NCBI GenBank assembly: GCA_009859145.1
Contig: VRVR01000053.1
Coordinates: 142,375-206,374, forward strand
DNA from: Andalucia godoyi And28
Lineage: Eukaryota; Protista; Jakobida
DNA length: 64,000 nt
Reading direction: 5' to 3'
Shown: piece by piece, positions 1-9,873 of the stretch
Layout: every line of letters begins with the position of its first letter
Position numbering within the stretch: the stretch's first letter is position 1
The notes under the pieces: generated by a model
The model's input: only the letters and a program-made list of their open reading frames with translations
What the model was told of the DNA's origin: nothing
The model's database searches: none
Translations under genes and position numbers: made by a program

Positions 1-508
1 CAATCGCAATTGAATCGACGCCTGCAAACACCGACCCTCCCGCAATCAGCCCTCCGGACCCGCCCGTGTTGAGCCAGCAAAGATCGTTCATATCAAAGCA
101 CAGCGTGTTCCATGTGTTCCGCACGACCACTTCGCCAAGAGGAACCTGTGTGTGCAGCGGCGACGCATGCAGCTTTGCAAATGCCGTTGAGAACAGTAGT
201 CTCCGATGATTGGAGTTCGCAGTGAACCCAAATTCAAAGTACAGCGGAGATCCAAGAGGTGCGAATATCTGAAAGCACAGATACCGCTGAATGAGATTAA
301 GCGATGTGTTGGCATTCGCCGCCGCAATCACAAGCCTGTTTGTCATGGCGCCTTCAATGGACACAACATAGCACTTTACGGACTTGTCAAATGACCGACC
401 TTGGTTCGCCGGTGCTGGCTTCGCTGTGAATTTGCAATTCGGGAGAGGATTTGTCCCCGAATTCGACACGACTTCGAAATACGGACCGCCCTGATATGTC
501 GTCGTCAT
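1..508 (-). CDS. CFAP20DC: CFAP20-domain protein (CFAP20DC/C3orf67-like), 3' end runs off the window
   Basis: Not in the ORF track (no stop inside the window). Manual translation from ATG 508: MTTTYQGGPYFEVVSNSGTNPL...FDKSVKCYVVSIEG...FQIFAPLGSPLYFEFGFT...RRLLFST...PLHTQVPL...WNTLCFDM...VDSIAI, open to base 1. Matches the recalled YQGG / FDK.VK / PLH..PL / W.NLC.D pattern of CFAP20DC. Confidence 0.85.
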   Translation of the reverse strand, partial: MTTTYQGGPYFEVVSNSGTNPLPNCKFTAKPAPANQGRSFDKSVKCYVVSIEGAMTNRLVIAAANANTSLNLIQRYLCFQIFAPLGSPLYFEFGFTANSNHRRLLFSTAFAKLHASPLHTQVPLGEVVVRNTWNTLCFDMNDLCWLNTGGSGGLIAGGSVFAGVDSIAI

Positions 509-1097
509 ATGCTCGCGCACCCACGGAGTTGAGGATTAACAGAAAATACAAACTAGGATTAAATGATGATTGGCGATGGATGATTGATGAAGGATACAGG
601 ATACAGGATGAAGGATACAGGATAAAGGATAAAGGATAGAGGAAACAGGAAACTAACGATCGATTTCAGGAAGCAACTGTAGTCGAGAGGGAAAAAGCCT
701 TTTTAATTGTAAAAAAACAACCCGATAACCCAAACGTCTGGTGGACGGCTGTGAACATCATGGGATAGTATGGCTGAAGGTATGCAGGTCGAGGCCCACT
801 GAGAGACACTGTCGGATATGACAACCGATTCCTTGTAATTGATGATGGGCGATGATGCGGATTGTAAAAGTTCCTTTTTTACGCCAAAAAAAAAATGTGT
901 CTGAGGCGCAGCATGCGAGACAAATTTTGGAGACGTTTGGGTTGGAGGCAGTACTTTAAGTAGATGCGGCCGGGTACCTGTTCGACTGCAATGCAAAAGC
1001 CGATCCACGTGACGCACACATCCTGAAGAATGACTGGGCATATATCAAAACGCCACGCCGTCCATTCGCGATCTCTCTGCCCTTTGGCAGCATTGGA

Positions 1098-2810
1098 CTA
1101 TGCATTCGAGGGTCCTTTCACGCACGCTTCGACAAAGGCAAAGAACGGCGGGGACGGCTTTCCCGGTCGGCTCTTGAATTCCGGATGGGACTGCAGCCCC
1201 AAGAAGAAAGGATGCAAAGACCGCGGCAGTTCCATTGCAGACATGCGCACACCTGATTCATCGCGGCCCGTGAAAAGCATGCTTGAATCTTCAAACATCT
1301 TGACAAGGTCCGGGTTCACCTCGTACCGATGGCGATAGCGCTCCGTCGCTTCCGAGGCGTTGCCGTAGACATGCGAGAGCAAGCAAGGTGGATCCGACTG
1401 CTTGATTAAAATCTTATGCGATCCGAGCCGCATAGTGCCTCCCAGAACTTCGCGGGAAACATCTGGCATGTAGATCAGCACACGATGTTTCGCGGTCTTT
1501 TCAAATTCTTCGGAATTCGCACCGTCAAGATGCAGAACATCCCGAGCCCAGTCAATCACCGCACACTGCATCCCTAAGCAAACACCCAGGAATGGGGTGC
1601 GTGACTGACGAGCCCATCGTGCAGCAAGAATCTTTCCTTCCACTCCGCGAGCCGAAAAACCTCCCGGTATCAAAACCCCGTCAGCAGATCGTAGCTTCCT
1701 CCAGGCATCGCGATCCTGTTCTTCTAACTTTTCAGCATCGATCCAATCAATCCCCACACGCTTCTGCAGTTGATTGCCAGCATGTTCCAGAGCTTTCGCC
1801 ACGGACAGGTACGCATCTTTGTCATCCGTGTACTTTCCAACCAACGCAATGCGAACTTCACCATCCAGGTTATCCTCGCGCGACGCCAGGTCCCTCCACT
1901 TCCCCATATTCTTCTCAAAAATAGCAGAGTCGAATTCCAAGCCAAACTGCTCCTTGATGACATTGACCACACCCTGCTTCTCCAGCAGCAGCGGAACCTG
2001 ATAGAGGTTCGAGACGTCTGGAAGCGAGATAACGTGATTCGGGGAAACCTGGCAATGCAGCGCAATTTTCTGAATTGACTCCTCCGAGAGAGGAACCTGG
2101 CAGCGGGCGGCAATGAGATCCGGCTGGAGCCCGGCCGCACGAGACTCGCGAACAGAGTGTTGTGTCGGTTTGGTCTTTTGCTGGCCTGAAATAACAGGAA
2201 CAAGAGAAACCTGCACACATGCAAATCTCCTGGGCGTAACACGGTGGCGGAGCTGACGCAAGGCTTCGATAAATGCCGCAGATTCAATATCCGAAATAAC
2301 ACCACCCAGCTCAATCATGACAATTTTGGGAACCGGATGCTCAGGCGTCTCATTCAAGACGACCGGATCGCAGGCAAATGCACAGGCAGCCGTCGACTCA
2401 ATCCACTGGATAATTTCATTCACCACATGCGGAATGACCTGGACTGTCTTCCCCAAAAACTCACCTTTGCGCTCTTTTTCAAGAATGGAAGAGTATATCT
2501 TCCCGGTGGTGATGTTGTGCTGCCGAGTCAGGTTGACGTCCAAGTACCGCTCATAGTTTCCAAGATCCAAATCGCACTCGGAGCCATCCTCAAGAACAAA
2601 CGCCTCTCCGTGCTCAAACGGCGACATCAATCCAGCGTCGATGTTCAGATACGGATCAATCTTGATGGCCGTCACCGCACACCCGCACGTCTTCAATACT
2701 GCACCAATGGAAGACGTCGTAACGCCCTTTCCAATGCCCGAGATCACACCGCCAGTCACCAAAATATACCGGATCATAGATCTCTCTGACACTCCACCTG
2801 CACCGTCCAT
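1098..2810 (-). CDS. CTPS: CTP synthase
   Basis: YILVTGGVISGIGKG, IKIDPYLN, DLDLGNYER, GKTVQVIPH; glutaminase GVCLGMQ and HPEF. Start moved to ATG 2810 (alternative 2777). Confidence 0.98.
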   Translation of the reverse strand: MDGAGGVSERSMIRYILVTGGVISGIGKGVTTSSIGAVLKTCGCAVTAIKIDPYLNIDAGLMSPFEHGEAFVLEDGSECDLDLGNYERYLDVNLTRQHNITTGKIYSSILEKERKGEFLGKTVQVIPHVVNEIIQWIESTAACAFACDPVVLNETPEHPVPKIVMIELGGVISDIESAAFIEALRQLRHRVTPRRFACVQVSLVPVISGQQKTKPTQHSVRESRAAGLQPDLIAARCQVPLSEESIQKIALHCQVSPNHVISLPDVSNLYQVPLLLEKQGVVNVIKEQFGLEFDSAIFEKNMGKWRDLASREDNLDGEVRIALVGKYTDDKDAYLSVAKALEHAGNQLQKRVGIDWIDAEKLEEQDRDAWRKLRSADGVLIPGGFSARGVEGKILAARWARQSRTPFLGVCLGMQCAVIDWARDVLHLDGANSEEFEKTAKHRVLIYMPDVSREVLGGTMRLGSHKILIKQSDPPCLLSHVYGNASEATERYRHRYEVNPDLVKMFEDSSMLFTGRDESGVRMSAMELPRSLHPFFLGLQSHPEFKSRPGKPSPPFFAFVEACVKGPSNA

Positions 2811-3166
2811 ACTGCCGTTCCAAGGACGGGAGAAAAAGAAAAAAGAATAAGGAAAAGAGATTGAGCTGCCAAGAATTCCCTCAATTGCACACAACACCGC
2901 AGAGCGCAAAACGCGAATGGGCTCACATGGGAGCTTACCCAAACTACTTCTGCCGACTGTAAACATGTTTAATAACCGGCAACTACAGTAGTTGTGTCCG
3001 GGGTATTTGCAGCTCCCCGACGCTCTGAGAAAAACATGCAGTGTTTCATGTCTCGCTTTTACTAGACTCTCTCGCTCATTCGCGCGCTCTGACACACTCT
3101 GACACACACGCCTGCTGACGGTTGCTGACGGTTGCTGACGATCTCACGTACATTGGAAAACAGAAG

Positions 3167-6100
3167 ATGCTGGGATCGGTGCTTCGACATCGGATGCGTG
3201 GCCGTCTTGCTTCGCATGGAAAGCTGGCTGGGTGTGTGCTGTACTCGACGAAGGCAGGCGATTCTGGGAAGGAGTATCGATCGACGCTGTTGCTTCCGCA
3301 GACTGATTTTCCAATGCGAGCGAATGCAAAGGTGCGGGAACCGGAGCTTGCGATGCAGTGTGCGGATGAACTGTATGCACGGCAGCTGAGGCAGACGGAG
3401 CGGCCGCTCGTGGTTCTGCATGACGGACCGCCGTATGCGAATGGGAAGATCCATATGGGCCATGCGCTGAACAAGGTGCTCAAGGACATGGTTTGCAGAT
3501 GGAACATTCTGTATGGAAAGCGAGTGTCGTTTGTTCCTGGATGGGACTGTCATGGACTGCCGATTGAAATGAAGGCTATCCAGCAGCTCCAAGCAACCCC
3601 AACCCCAACCACAACCACAACCACAACCACAACCCCAACCACAACCAAAATCACATCCAAAACCACAGCTGCAACAGTACCGGGTAGCGATCAAGCAAAG
3701 GGGAAACAACCAGGGACAGGGACGGAGTTGTTCGACGGCTCGAAATTCTCTCCTGCGACGATACGGCAGGTTTCGAAATCCATTGCAACGCAGTCGATTG
3801 AAGATCAGAGGACTGCTTTCAAGAGGTTGGGGGTCGCGGCCGACTGGAACTCGCCTTACAAGACAATGACTCCCGAGTACGAAGCTTCGCAGCTGGATGT
3901 GTTGCGTGCATTGTATGCGTCCGGATGCATATTCCGCGGAGTAAGGCCGGTGTTCTGGTCGCCTTCCTCACGAACTGCGTTGGCAGAGTCGGAGTTGGAG
4001 TATCCCGAAGGACACAAATCACGTGCAGTGTACGTGTTGTTGCCCGTCGTCCAAGCTGGAAATGGCAGAGTTCGGTTTGCCAGTTCATTGTTTCCTGCGC
4101 TTCCGGAGCACGATGAGGATGCTCCTTTGCATGTGTGCATCTGGACGACAACTCCATGGACACTGCCTGCAAACCAGGCAGTTGCGTTCAACAAGAATTT
4201 AAATTATGTCCTTCTCAAGGTGTCGCATGCAGATAACACACCGTTTTACGTGCTGGTTGCCGAGAATCTTTTCCACCCGTTCGTGCTGTCCAAGAACAAC
4301 CCCGAGTACAAGGTCGAGCGAGTCTATGCTATTGGAGGCTCAAAGCTTGAAGGTCTGTGGTGTGCTCACCCCATGTCGTCGCCGTCCGATCCGTCACGAG
4401 CGACATTTCCAGGGACCGCCCCTGCGCCGTCGCCTTTGCCAATGATCGTTCCGCTTATTCACGGTGACTATGTGACCGAAACCAGCGGTACAGGGCTTGT
4501 GCACACTGCCCCCAGTCATGGACAGGAGGATTTCTTGCTTGGCCAACAGCACGGTCTGAACACCAGCTTCTGCGCTGTTGATGATGCCGGGAAGTACACG
4601 GCGGAGACAGTCCGCGCAGATGAACTGGAAGGCCTGTCAGTGCTGACAGACGGGAATGCAAAGGTGTTGGCGCTTCTAGAAAGAGAAGGACGAGTGTGGA
4701 GTACTGGATTGTATGAGCACAAGTATGCGTATGACTGGCGGACGAAGCAGCCTGTTCTTGTTCGAACGACTGCACAATGGTTCTGCTCTCTCGACACCCT
4801 GAAGGAGAAGGCAATGCAGAGTGCGCTGGATGATAAGTTGGAAATCATTCCTGCCAGCGGCAGGGCTCGCCTATCGGCCTTTGTCAATTCGCGCTCCGAT
4901 TGGTGTATTTCGCGTCAGCGTTCTTGGGGGGTTCCGATTCCAGTGTTCTACGAGATTTCGACAGGCCAGGCGTTCATGAATGAGGAGATTATCGACCACG
5001 TGCGCAGCGTGTTTCTCAAGACTGGGGGTTCTGATGCGTGGTGGAATTTGAGTGTCGAGGATCTTTTGCCTCCCTCTTTGAAGTCACGGGCGGCGTCATT
5101 CAAGAAAGGAGCAGACACGCTTGATGTGTGGTTTGACTCGGGCAGCTCGTGGAAGTATCTGCAGGACTCGATTCTGAAGCGCGATCTGCTTCCTGCTGGT
5201 AGCATGTCGAAGAAACACGCAGGTGTCGAGAAGGTTATCTACTGCGAGGGTTCGGACCAGCATCGAGGGTGGTTCCAATCCTCTCTGTTGACCAGCATTG
5301 CGGTCCAGAATAAGGCACCATACAACGTGCTCCTCACACACGGCTTTGTTCTCGACGAGCAAGGACGGAAGATGTCCAAGTCGCTCGGAAATGTCTTGGA
5401 CCCAATTCAGGTCGTCGACTCGTTTTCGGCGGATATCCTGCGCATGTGGGCTGCGTCCTCGGATTATTCACGTGATGTGCTGGTTGGAAATGAGATTTTG
5501 AACAAGGTCGCGGAAAACGTGCGAAAGATTCGAAACACTTGTCGCTTCTTGCTTGGAAATCTTTCGGGGTTCACTTCGGAATCACTGGACACAGTCCTGC
5601 GCAACTGGTCTGATCTCCCGTTTGTCGATCAGTGGCTTTTGGGAAAGTGTGCTGCAGTGTCCACGTCCGTTGAGAAGGCATATCAGGCGTGCGATTTTGC
5701 ATCTGTGCAGTCGCAGCTGGTGGCGTTTGCGACAAACGACCTGTCCGCGTTTTACTTGGACTGCACCAAAGATCGAGTGTACTGCAATGCAGCGACCGAT
5801 GTGAATCGACTGTCTGCGCAAGTTTGCATGTATGTGGCGCTTCTGACGCTGATGAAATGTGCAGCACCGATCTTGTGCCACACTTCCGAAGAGATTTGGC
5901 AGCATTTGTGCAAGACACTCGGTCAATCGTCGACGTCGCTTCTGTTGCTCGATGGCTGGGTGCACGACTTGAATGCAAGGATAGCACAGGTCCAGGAGGG
6001 ATCGAGAACTTCCGCCGGGGACCTTGTGTCTAGGCTGCAAGGAGTGCGCGAAAGCACAAACCGTGCGTTGGAGGTACTCAGAAAGAACCGAGTGATTGGA

Positions 6101-6481
6101 TCTTCCGTGGATGCCCATGTCTCCTTGACGTTTGCGGACAGGAAGACCGATGTGTGGGACGTCAGCCACCATCTCACCGAATTCTTCAATGTTTCGACGG
6201 TTTCGCTCGCGATTAATTCCTCGCTCGCACAAAGTTCTCCAGCACTGGATGCATCCGAGGACACGGGATCGTCCGCGCCGTCTGCGTTTGCAACTGCAGA
6301 GGTTGTTCCAAACCAAGCGGGAACAGAGTGCACGGTGCAAATATCGGATCCAGAATACGGTCGAGTGACCATTGCGACGGCCCTCTCATCGCGTTGCAAG
6401 TGTCCTCGATGCTGGATGCGCACAGCGCTCTTGGAAGGTCATGTGTGTGCACGTTGCGAATCCGTGTTGAACAGAAAGTGA
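3167..6481 (+). CDS. IARS2: Isoleucyl-tRNA synthetase, bacterial/mitochondrial type
   Basis: HDGPPYANG..HMGH (HIGH), GWDCHGLPIE, WTTTPWTLP, DWCISRQR, EGSDQHRGWF, KMSKS, C-terminal CPRC..C..C zinc finger; Arg-rich N-terminus from ATG 3167. Confidence 0.97.
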   Translation: MLGSVLRHRMRGRLASHGKLAGCVLYSTKAGDSGKEYRSTLLLPQTDFPMRANAKVREPELAMQCADELYARQLRQTERPLVVLHDGPPYANGKIHMGHALNKVLKDMVCRWNILYGKRVSFVPGWDCHGLPIEMKAIQQLQATPTPTTTTTTTTTPTTTKITSKTTAATVPGSDQAKGKQPGTGTELFDGSKFSPATIRQVSKSIATQSIEDQRTAFKRLGVAADWNSPYKTMTPEYEASQLDVLRALYASGCIFRGVRPVFWSPSSRTALAESELEYPEGHKSRAVYVLLPVVQAGNGRVRFASSLFPALPEHDEDAPLHVCIWTTTPWTLPANQAVAFNKNLNYVLLKVSHADNTPFYVLVAENLFHPFVLSKNNPEYKVERVYAIGGSKLEGLWCAHPMSSPSDPSRATFPGTAPAPSPLPMIVPLIHGDYVTETSGTGLVHTAPSHGQEDFLLGQQHGLNTSFCAVDDAGKYTAETVRADELEGLSVLTDGNAKVLALLEREGRVWSTGLYEHKYAYDWRTKQPVLVRTTAQWFCSLDTLKEKAMQSALDDKLEIIPASGRARLSAFVNSRSDWCISRQRSWGVPIPVFYEISTGQAFMNEEIIDHVRSVFLKTGGSDAWWNLSVEDLLPPSLKSRAASFKKGADTLDVWFDSGSSWKYLQDSILKRDLLPAGSMSKKHAGVEKVIYCEGSDQHRGWFQSSLLTSIAVQNKAPYNVLLTHGFVLDEQGRKMSKSLGNVLDPIQVVDSFSADILRMWAASSDYSRDVLVGNEILNKVAENVRKIRNTCRFLLGNLSGFTSESLDTVLRNWSDLPFVDQWLLGKCAAVSTSVEKAYQACDFASVQSQLVAFATNDLSAFYLDCTKDRVYCNAATDVNRLSAQVCMYVALLTLMKCAAPILCHTSEEIWQHLCKTLGQSSTSLLLLDGWVHDLNARIAQVQEGSRTSAGDLVSRLQGVRESTNRALEVLRKNRVIGSSVDAHVSLTFADRKTDVWDVSHHLTEFFNVSTVSLAINSSLAQSSPALDASEDTGSSAPSAFATAEVVPNQAGTECTVQISDPEYGRVTIATALSSRCKCPRCWMRTALLEGHVCARCESVLNRK

Positions 6482-6930
6482 GGTCTGACACTCGGAACTA
6501 AAAACACGAGTTCCAAGAATACCAAACAACATGCCAAACGTAAACACCAAAATAAAAAAAATAAATAAAAAGAAAAAAAGAGAAGAGAAGATTAGGAAAA
6601 AAGACACCAACAGAACCAGCAGCAGCAGCAGCAACAACAACAACAACAACAACAACACAGCCCCCCAACTTTTTCTTCTTCTTTAATTACACAACCTACA
6701 TACAAACAGCACCACCAATACAACAAAAGGAAAAGCAGTCCATAAAAACAACCAAAAACAACCCTCGAGGCGCATGTGATCACGATTTGAAGCACATCCA
6801 ACACAAACGACTGAAAGAACACAAACACAAAATAAAATAAAATTATAATAATTCGCTCATCTCGCAATTCGTCTGCATCTGCATCTGCATCTGCATCTGT
6901 TCTCCCCTCCTCCTTCAAACAGCTTCATTC

Positions 6931-8520
6931 TTAGAAGATCGACTGCTTTCCGTCTCTGCGGAACATCGCAGGAACCTTGTACTCAAGCATCATGTTGTTA
7001 TCCGGCTGAAGACCGACACAGGCACGGAACAGATTTTCAATGCAAGCTCTCTGCTTGAAGAGAGCATTAATCACCGGGGTGTTCTCGGGCACTTGCGGCG
7101 CCTTGAGCAGATATGCGAGGACGGAGAGCACGGAGTCGAACTTTTGCCATTCCATGTCCTGTCCAGGAACTCGCCACTGGATTCTCTCCATCATCTCTCC
7201 AAGGATAACCAAGTCGAGGATCAGCGGAGCCGCCAAAAGAGAGTCTTCGCAGGTATTGTGGAGAACAATCGTGTTGTGGCCTCCCATGAAAATTCGAGAG
7301 GTGTACTCATCCATGGCGCGCTTGGAGTCCCCGACATACGGGACGTACTTGATCACGACAACATGGTCTGGGTGCTCGTCCTGATCGTACAGAATTCCGT
7401 TGGACTCGACCATGTCGTCCACAACGTTGGACTTTGAGATCTCCTTGGATCGGAAGCACTGGGGTGCAGACAAGTTCTTTCCGTCGTTGTTTCCAAGATG
7501 GTTGTAGCTCACAATCGACGTCGGCTTCAGTCCCGCAGACACAAGGAAGTCCACAAGCACAGACTTCATCTTTGTCTGTCCAGACTTGAAGTCATCACCT
7601 GCAATGTACACGCCCTCACGCTCCGCAAGCTCCGTGACACCCGGAACAAAGGTATTTTGTGGCGATCCATTGATGTAGGTGCATCCTTCGAGGATCGACG
7701 CAATTGCAAAGCAGCTGGACGGCGAGATTTCACCCTCTGATCTCTTCAGAGCAGCCAGCAGGTTGTCTGCAGTGTCGTTCAATCCCTCAACGACATCCGA
7801 AAACCTCTCGGTGTTTGCAGTCCACAACAAGATAACCTTGTCGACCTTGTTTGCAGCCTTGAACTCCCGGATATCCGCACGGATCTTCTCCACCTGCTCC
7901 CACTTTGATCCAGAAATGACATTGTCTGCACGGTCGGCCTGGTTCGCAGCAATGAACTCTGGGAAGTAGATCGACGGCAGCGGCTTGAGGTTCTCCATGT
8001 ACGGAACCAACTGGCGCTGTAAGTCATAGTCCAACACCGACGCTCGCTCCATTGCCTGTGCAAGGTTCATTGACGAAATATCCCATCCTCCAAGCACAAG
8101 GTCGTTCGGATTCACCATCGGCAAGATGGAATGGAACGGCACAAAGAGTTCTTCATTCTTGGACGACGACGACGACGTGGTCGATCCAATTCGCAATGTA
8201 GAGCACTGCGTCAAGGATCCGTAGTAGTCCGGCTTCTGGATCCCACGCGCAGTCCGCCACGTGATTCCTTCGCGGTTTGCAATAATTCCAGCAGTCACCG
8301 TCGTTCCGTTGTTGCCGCCCCATCCAACAAGCATCAGACCAAGCTTGGGCACATTTCGCTCTGTGCGCAGCTCAAGATGCTTGACCGTCGGCTCCACTGA
8401 GGCAGAACTCCCATCTGCACTCACAACCGTCTTGGTCAGATGGTACTCATACGTCGACGTAATCGCCTCGGCAGAATACGTTACATTCGGCGAACTGACT
8501 GTAAAATTCTTCAACAACAT
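6931..8520 (-). CDS. INO1: myo-inositol-1-phosphate synthase
   Basis: [56 protein letters not shown]. Confidence 0.99.
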   Translation of the reverse strand: MLLKNFTVSSPNVTYSAEAITSTYEYHLTKTVVSADGSSASVEPTVKHLELRTERNVPKLGLMLVGWGGNNGTTVTAGIIANREGITWRTARGIQKPDYYGSLTQCSTLRIGSTTSSSSSKNEELFVPFHSILPMVNPNDLVLGGWDISSMNLAQAMERASVLDYDLQRQLVPYMENLKPLPSIYFPEFIAANQADRADNVISGSKWEQVEKIRADIREFKAANKVDKVILLWTANTERFSDVVEGLNDTADNLLAALKRSEGEISPSSCFAIASILEGCTYINGSPQNTFVPGVTELAEREGVYIAGDDFKSGQTKMKSVLVDFLVSAGLKPTSIVSYNHLGNNDGKNLSAPQCFRSKEISKSNVVDDMVESNGILYDQDEHPDHVVVIKYVPYVGDSKRAMDEYTSRIFMGGHNTIVLHNTCEDSLLAAPLILDLVILGEMMERIQWRVPGQDMEWQKFDSVLSVLAYLLKAPQVPENTPVINALFKQRACIENLFRACVGLQPDNNMMLEYKVPAMFRRDGKQSIF

Positions 8521-8538
8521 TTTGCTTGTTTCAAATAC

Positions 8539-8559
8539 TTAGGGTTAGGAGGGTTAGGG
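8539..8559. promoter_or_regulatory. Short telomere-like (TTAGGG) motif cluster upstream of INO1
   Basis: ttagggttaggagggttaggg, 19-39 bp upstream of the INO1 ATG; function unproven. Confidence 0.35.
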
Positions 8560-9146
8560 CTACGCAGAATACAAACAGTATTGTTTTTTCCTTTTCTTTC
8601 AACAGAAAAAAACAGGGAGGAAATTTCGGGGGAAAAATGCAAGAAAAAAAAAGAAGGCACAAAGACGAAGAAAGAGAAGACGGGGGGGGGGGGGGAGGAA
8701 CGAATTGGAGAATCTCACCAAATTATTATTTCAAAAAGAAAAAGAAAAAGAAAAAAGAAACGAAAACGAAAAAACGAAAAGGAACTAAGAGGGAATAGAG
8801 GAGAAAGGAAAAGAAAAAAGGGCAAAGGAAAGGAAAAATGCGCGACGCCCAGGGGCTGAAGGAGAAGGGGGGGGAATGCCCCGAGTGCGGCTTCATGAGG
8901 GACTGGAAATTCAATCGAAATTCGCCGCACTTTCCCGCGATTGAGGGAAGAAAGAAAGGTTCCGAATCTTTCTACCGCTTTTTTTATTTTCGTTGTCTGG
9001 GGATGAATCAATTGATGCTATGATCAGGAGGGTTGGGGGGAAGTAGACTTGTACGGTAGATGATGATGACGACGTTGTTTCCGTCGCCAAAACAAACAAA
9101 CTAACAAACAAAAAAACCGAGTACACGGGCGAGACGGAGAGACGAG

Positions 9147-9521
9147 ATGGAGTCCGAGGTCACGATTGCGATTGACCGGGTGTTTATTCCGTTTGTGTTG
9201 CAGCCAAGTGGCAGTAGTGCGAGTGACGTGCGGCGGCTGAATGCATCTGCAGCAAAGTACGTGCTCACAAGGACGCTTGGCGGCTTGTTTGGCTCGGTGG
9301 GAGGTTCGTTTACAGTCGATTTGGTGCACTTTGATGAGGACACGGGTCGCGGAATCTTGGCGACGTACGACAGGGACGCTTGGAAAGTCGTCAGTGCACT
9401 CGCGCTGTGTCGAACGGGGCCTTCCAACGAGGACATTCTGTTTGAAACAGGCCTCGTTTCACCGTTCTTGACCGACCTCGTCTTTCCAAACCAGCATCCG
9501 CTCTCGATCCCAGCGCAATAG
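9147..9521 (+). CDS. Rpp14/Pop5-family RNase P/MRP subunit
   Basis: 124 aa; L..LFGSVGGS..VDLVHFDE....GIL......WKVVSAL.L...VSPFL pattern recalled from Rpp14-like proteins. Confidence 0.7.
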   Translation: MESEVTIAIDRVFIPFVLQPSGSSASDVRRLNASAAKYVLTRTLGGLFGSVGGSFTVDLVHFDEDTGRGILATYDRDAWKVVSALALCRTGPSNEDILFETGLVSPFLTDLVFPNQHPLSIPAQ

Positions 9522-9639
9522 CTTGCAAACAACAAACAATAGACAACAGACAACAGACAACAGACAACAGACAACAGACAACAACCCCATCCATTCTTAA
9601 TTCCCGTCGTTTTGCGTTTTTTCCTTTCTTTTTTTATTT

Positions 9640-9641
<2 letters not shown>

Positions 9642-9680
<39 letters not shown>
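9642..9680. repeat. (ATT)n microsatellite
   Basis: About 13 tandem ATT units between two convergent genes. Confidence 0.95.
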
Positions 9681-9873
9681 GTTTTTTTAATTCAATTGTT
9701 ATGAACAGCAAAACATACGTTCTCACCAGTGTAAAGGATAATACCAGAAAACACAGAGCGCATCAAACCTCAAACCTCAAACGACAAAACCAAAACTTGC
9801 TTTTCCCCTCTCTTTTTTCTTCCTTTCTTCTTCTTTCGTTTTTCCATTTTGCATCGGCCAATGGGATGAGCAC

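Noticed and set aside
703-1041. 112-aa ORF between CFAP20DC and CTPS
   Set aside because: It crosses poly-T tracts, has no recognisable motif, and probably lies in the CTPS 3' UTR or CFAP20DC promoter.
2270-2320. CTP synthase GGVISDIES instead of GGTVGDIES
   Set aside because: The acidic DIE residues and all glutaminase residues are intact; probably tolerated divergence.
2811-3107. N-terminal extensions in the ORF track (CTPS, HMG, FAM227-like, LRR, LSM1, ETFA, RfbH-like and others)
   Set aside because: They cross poly-T/poly-A promoter spacers and give Phe/Lys-rich nonsense, mostly from non-ATG starts; starts were moved to internal ATGs.
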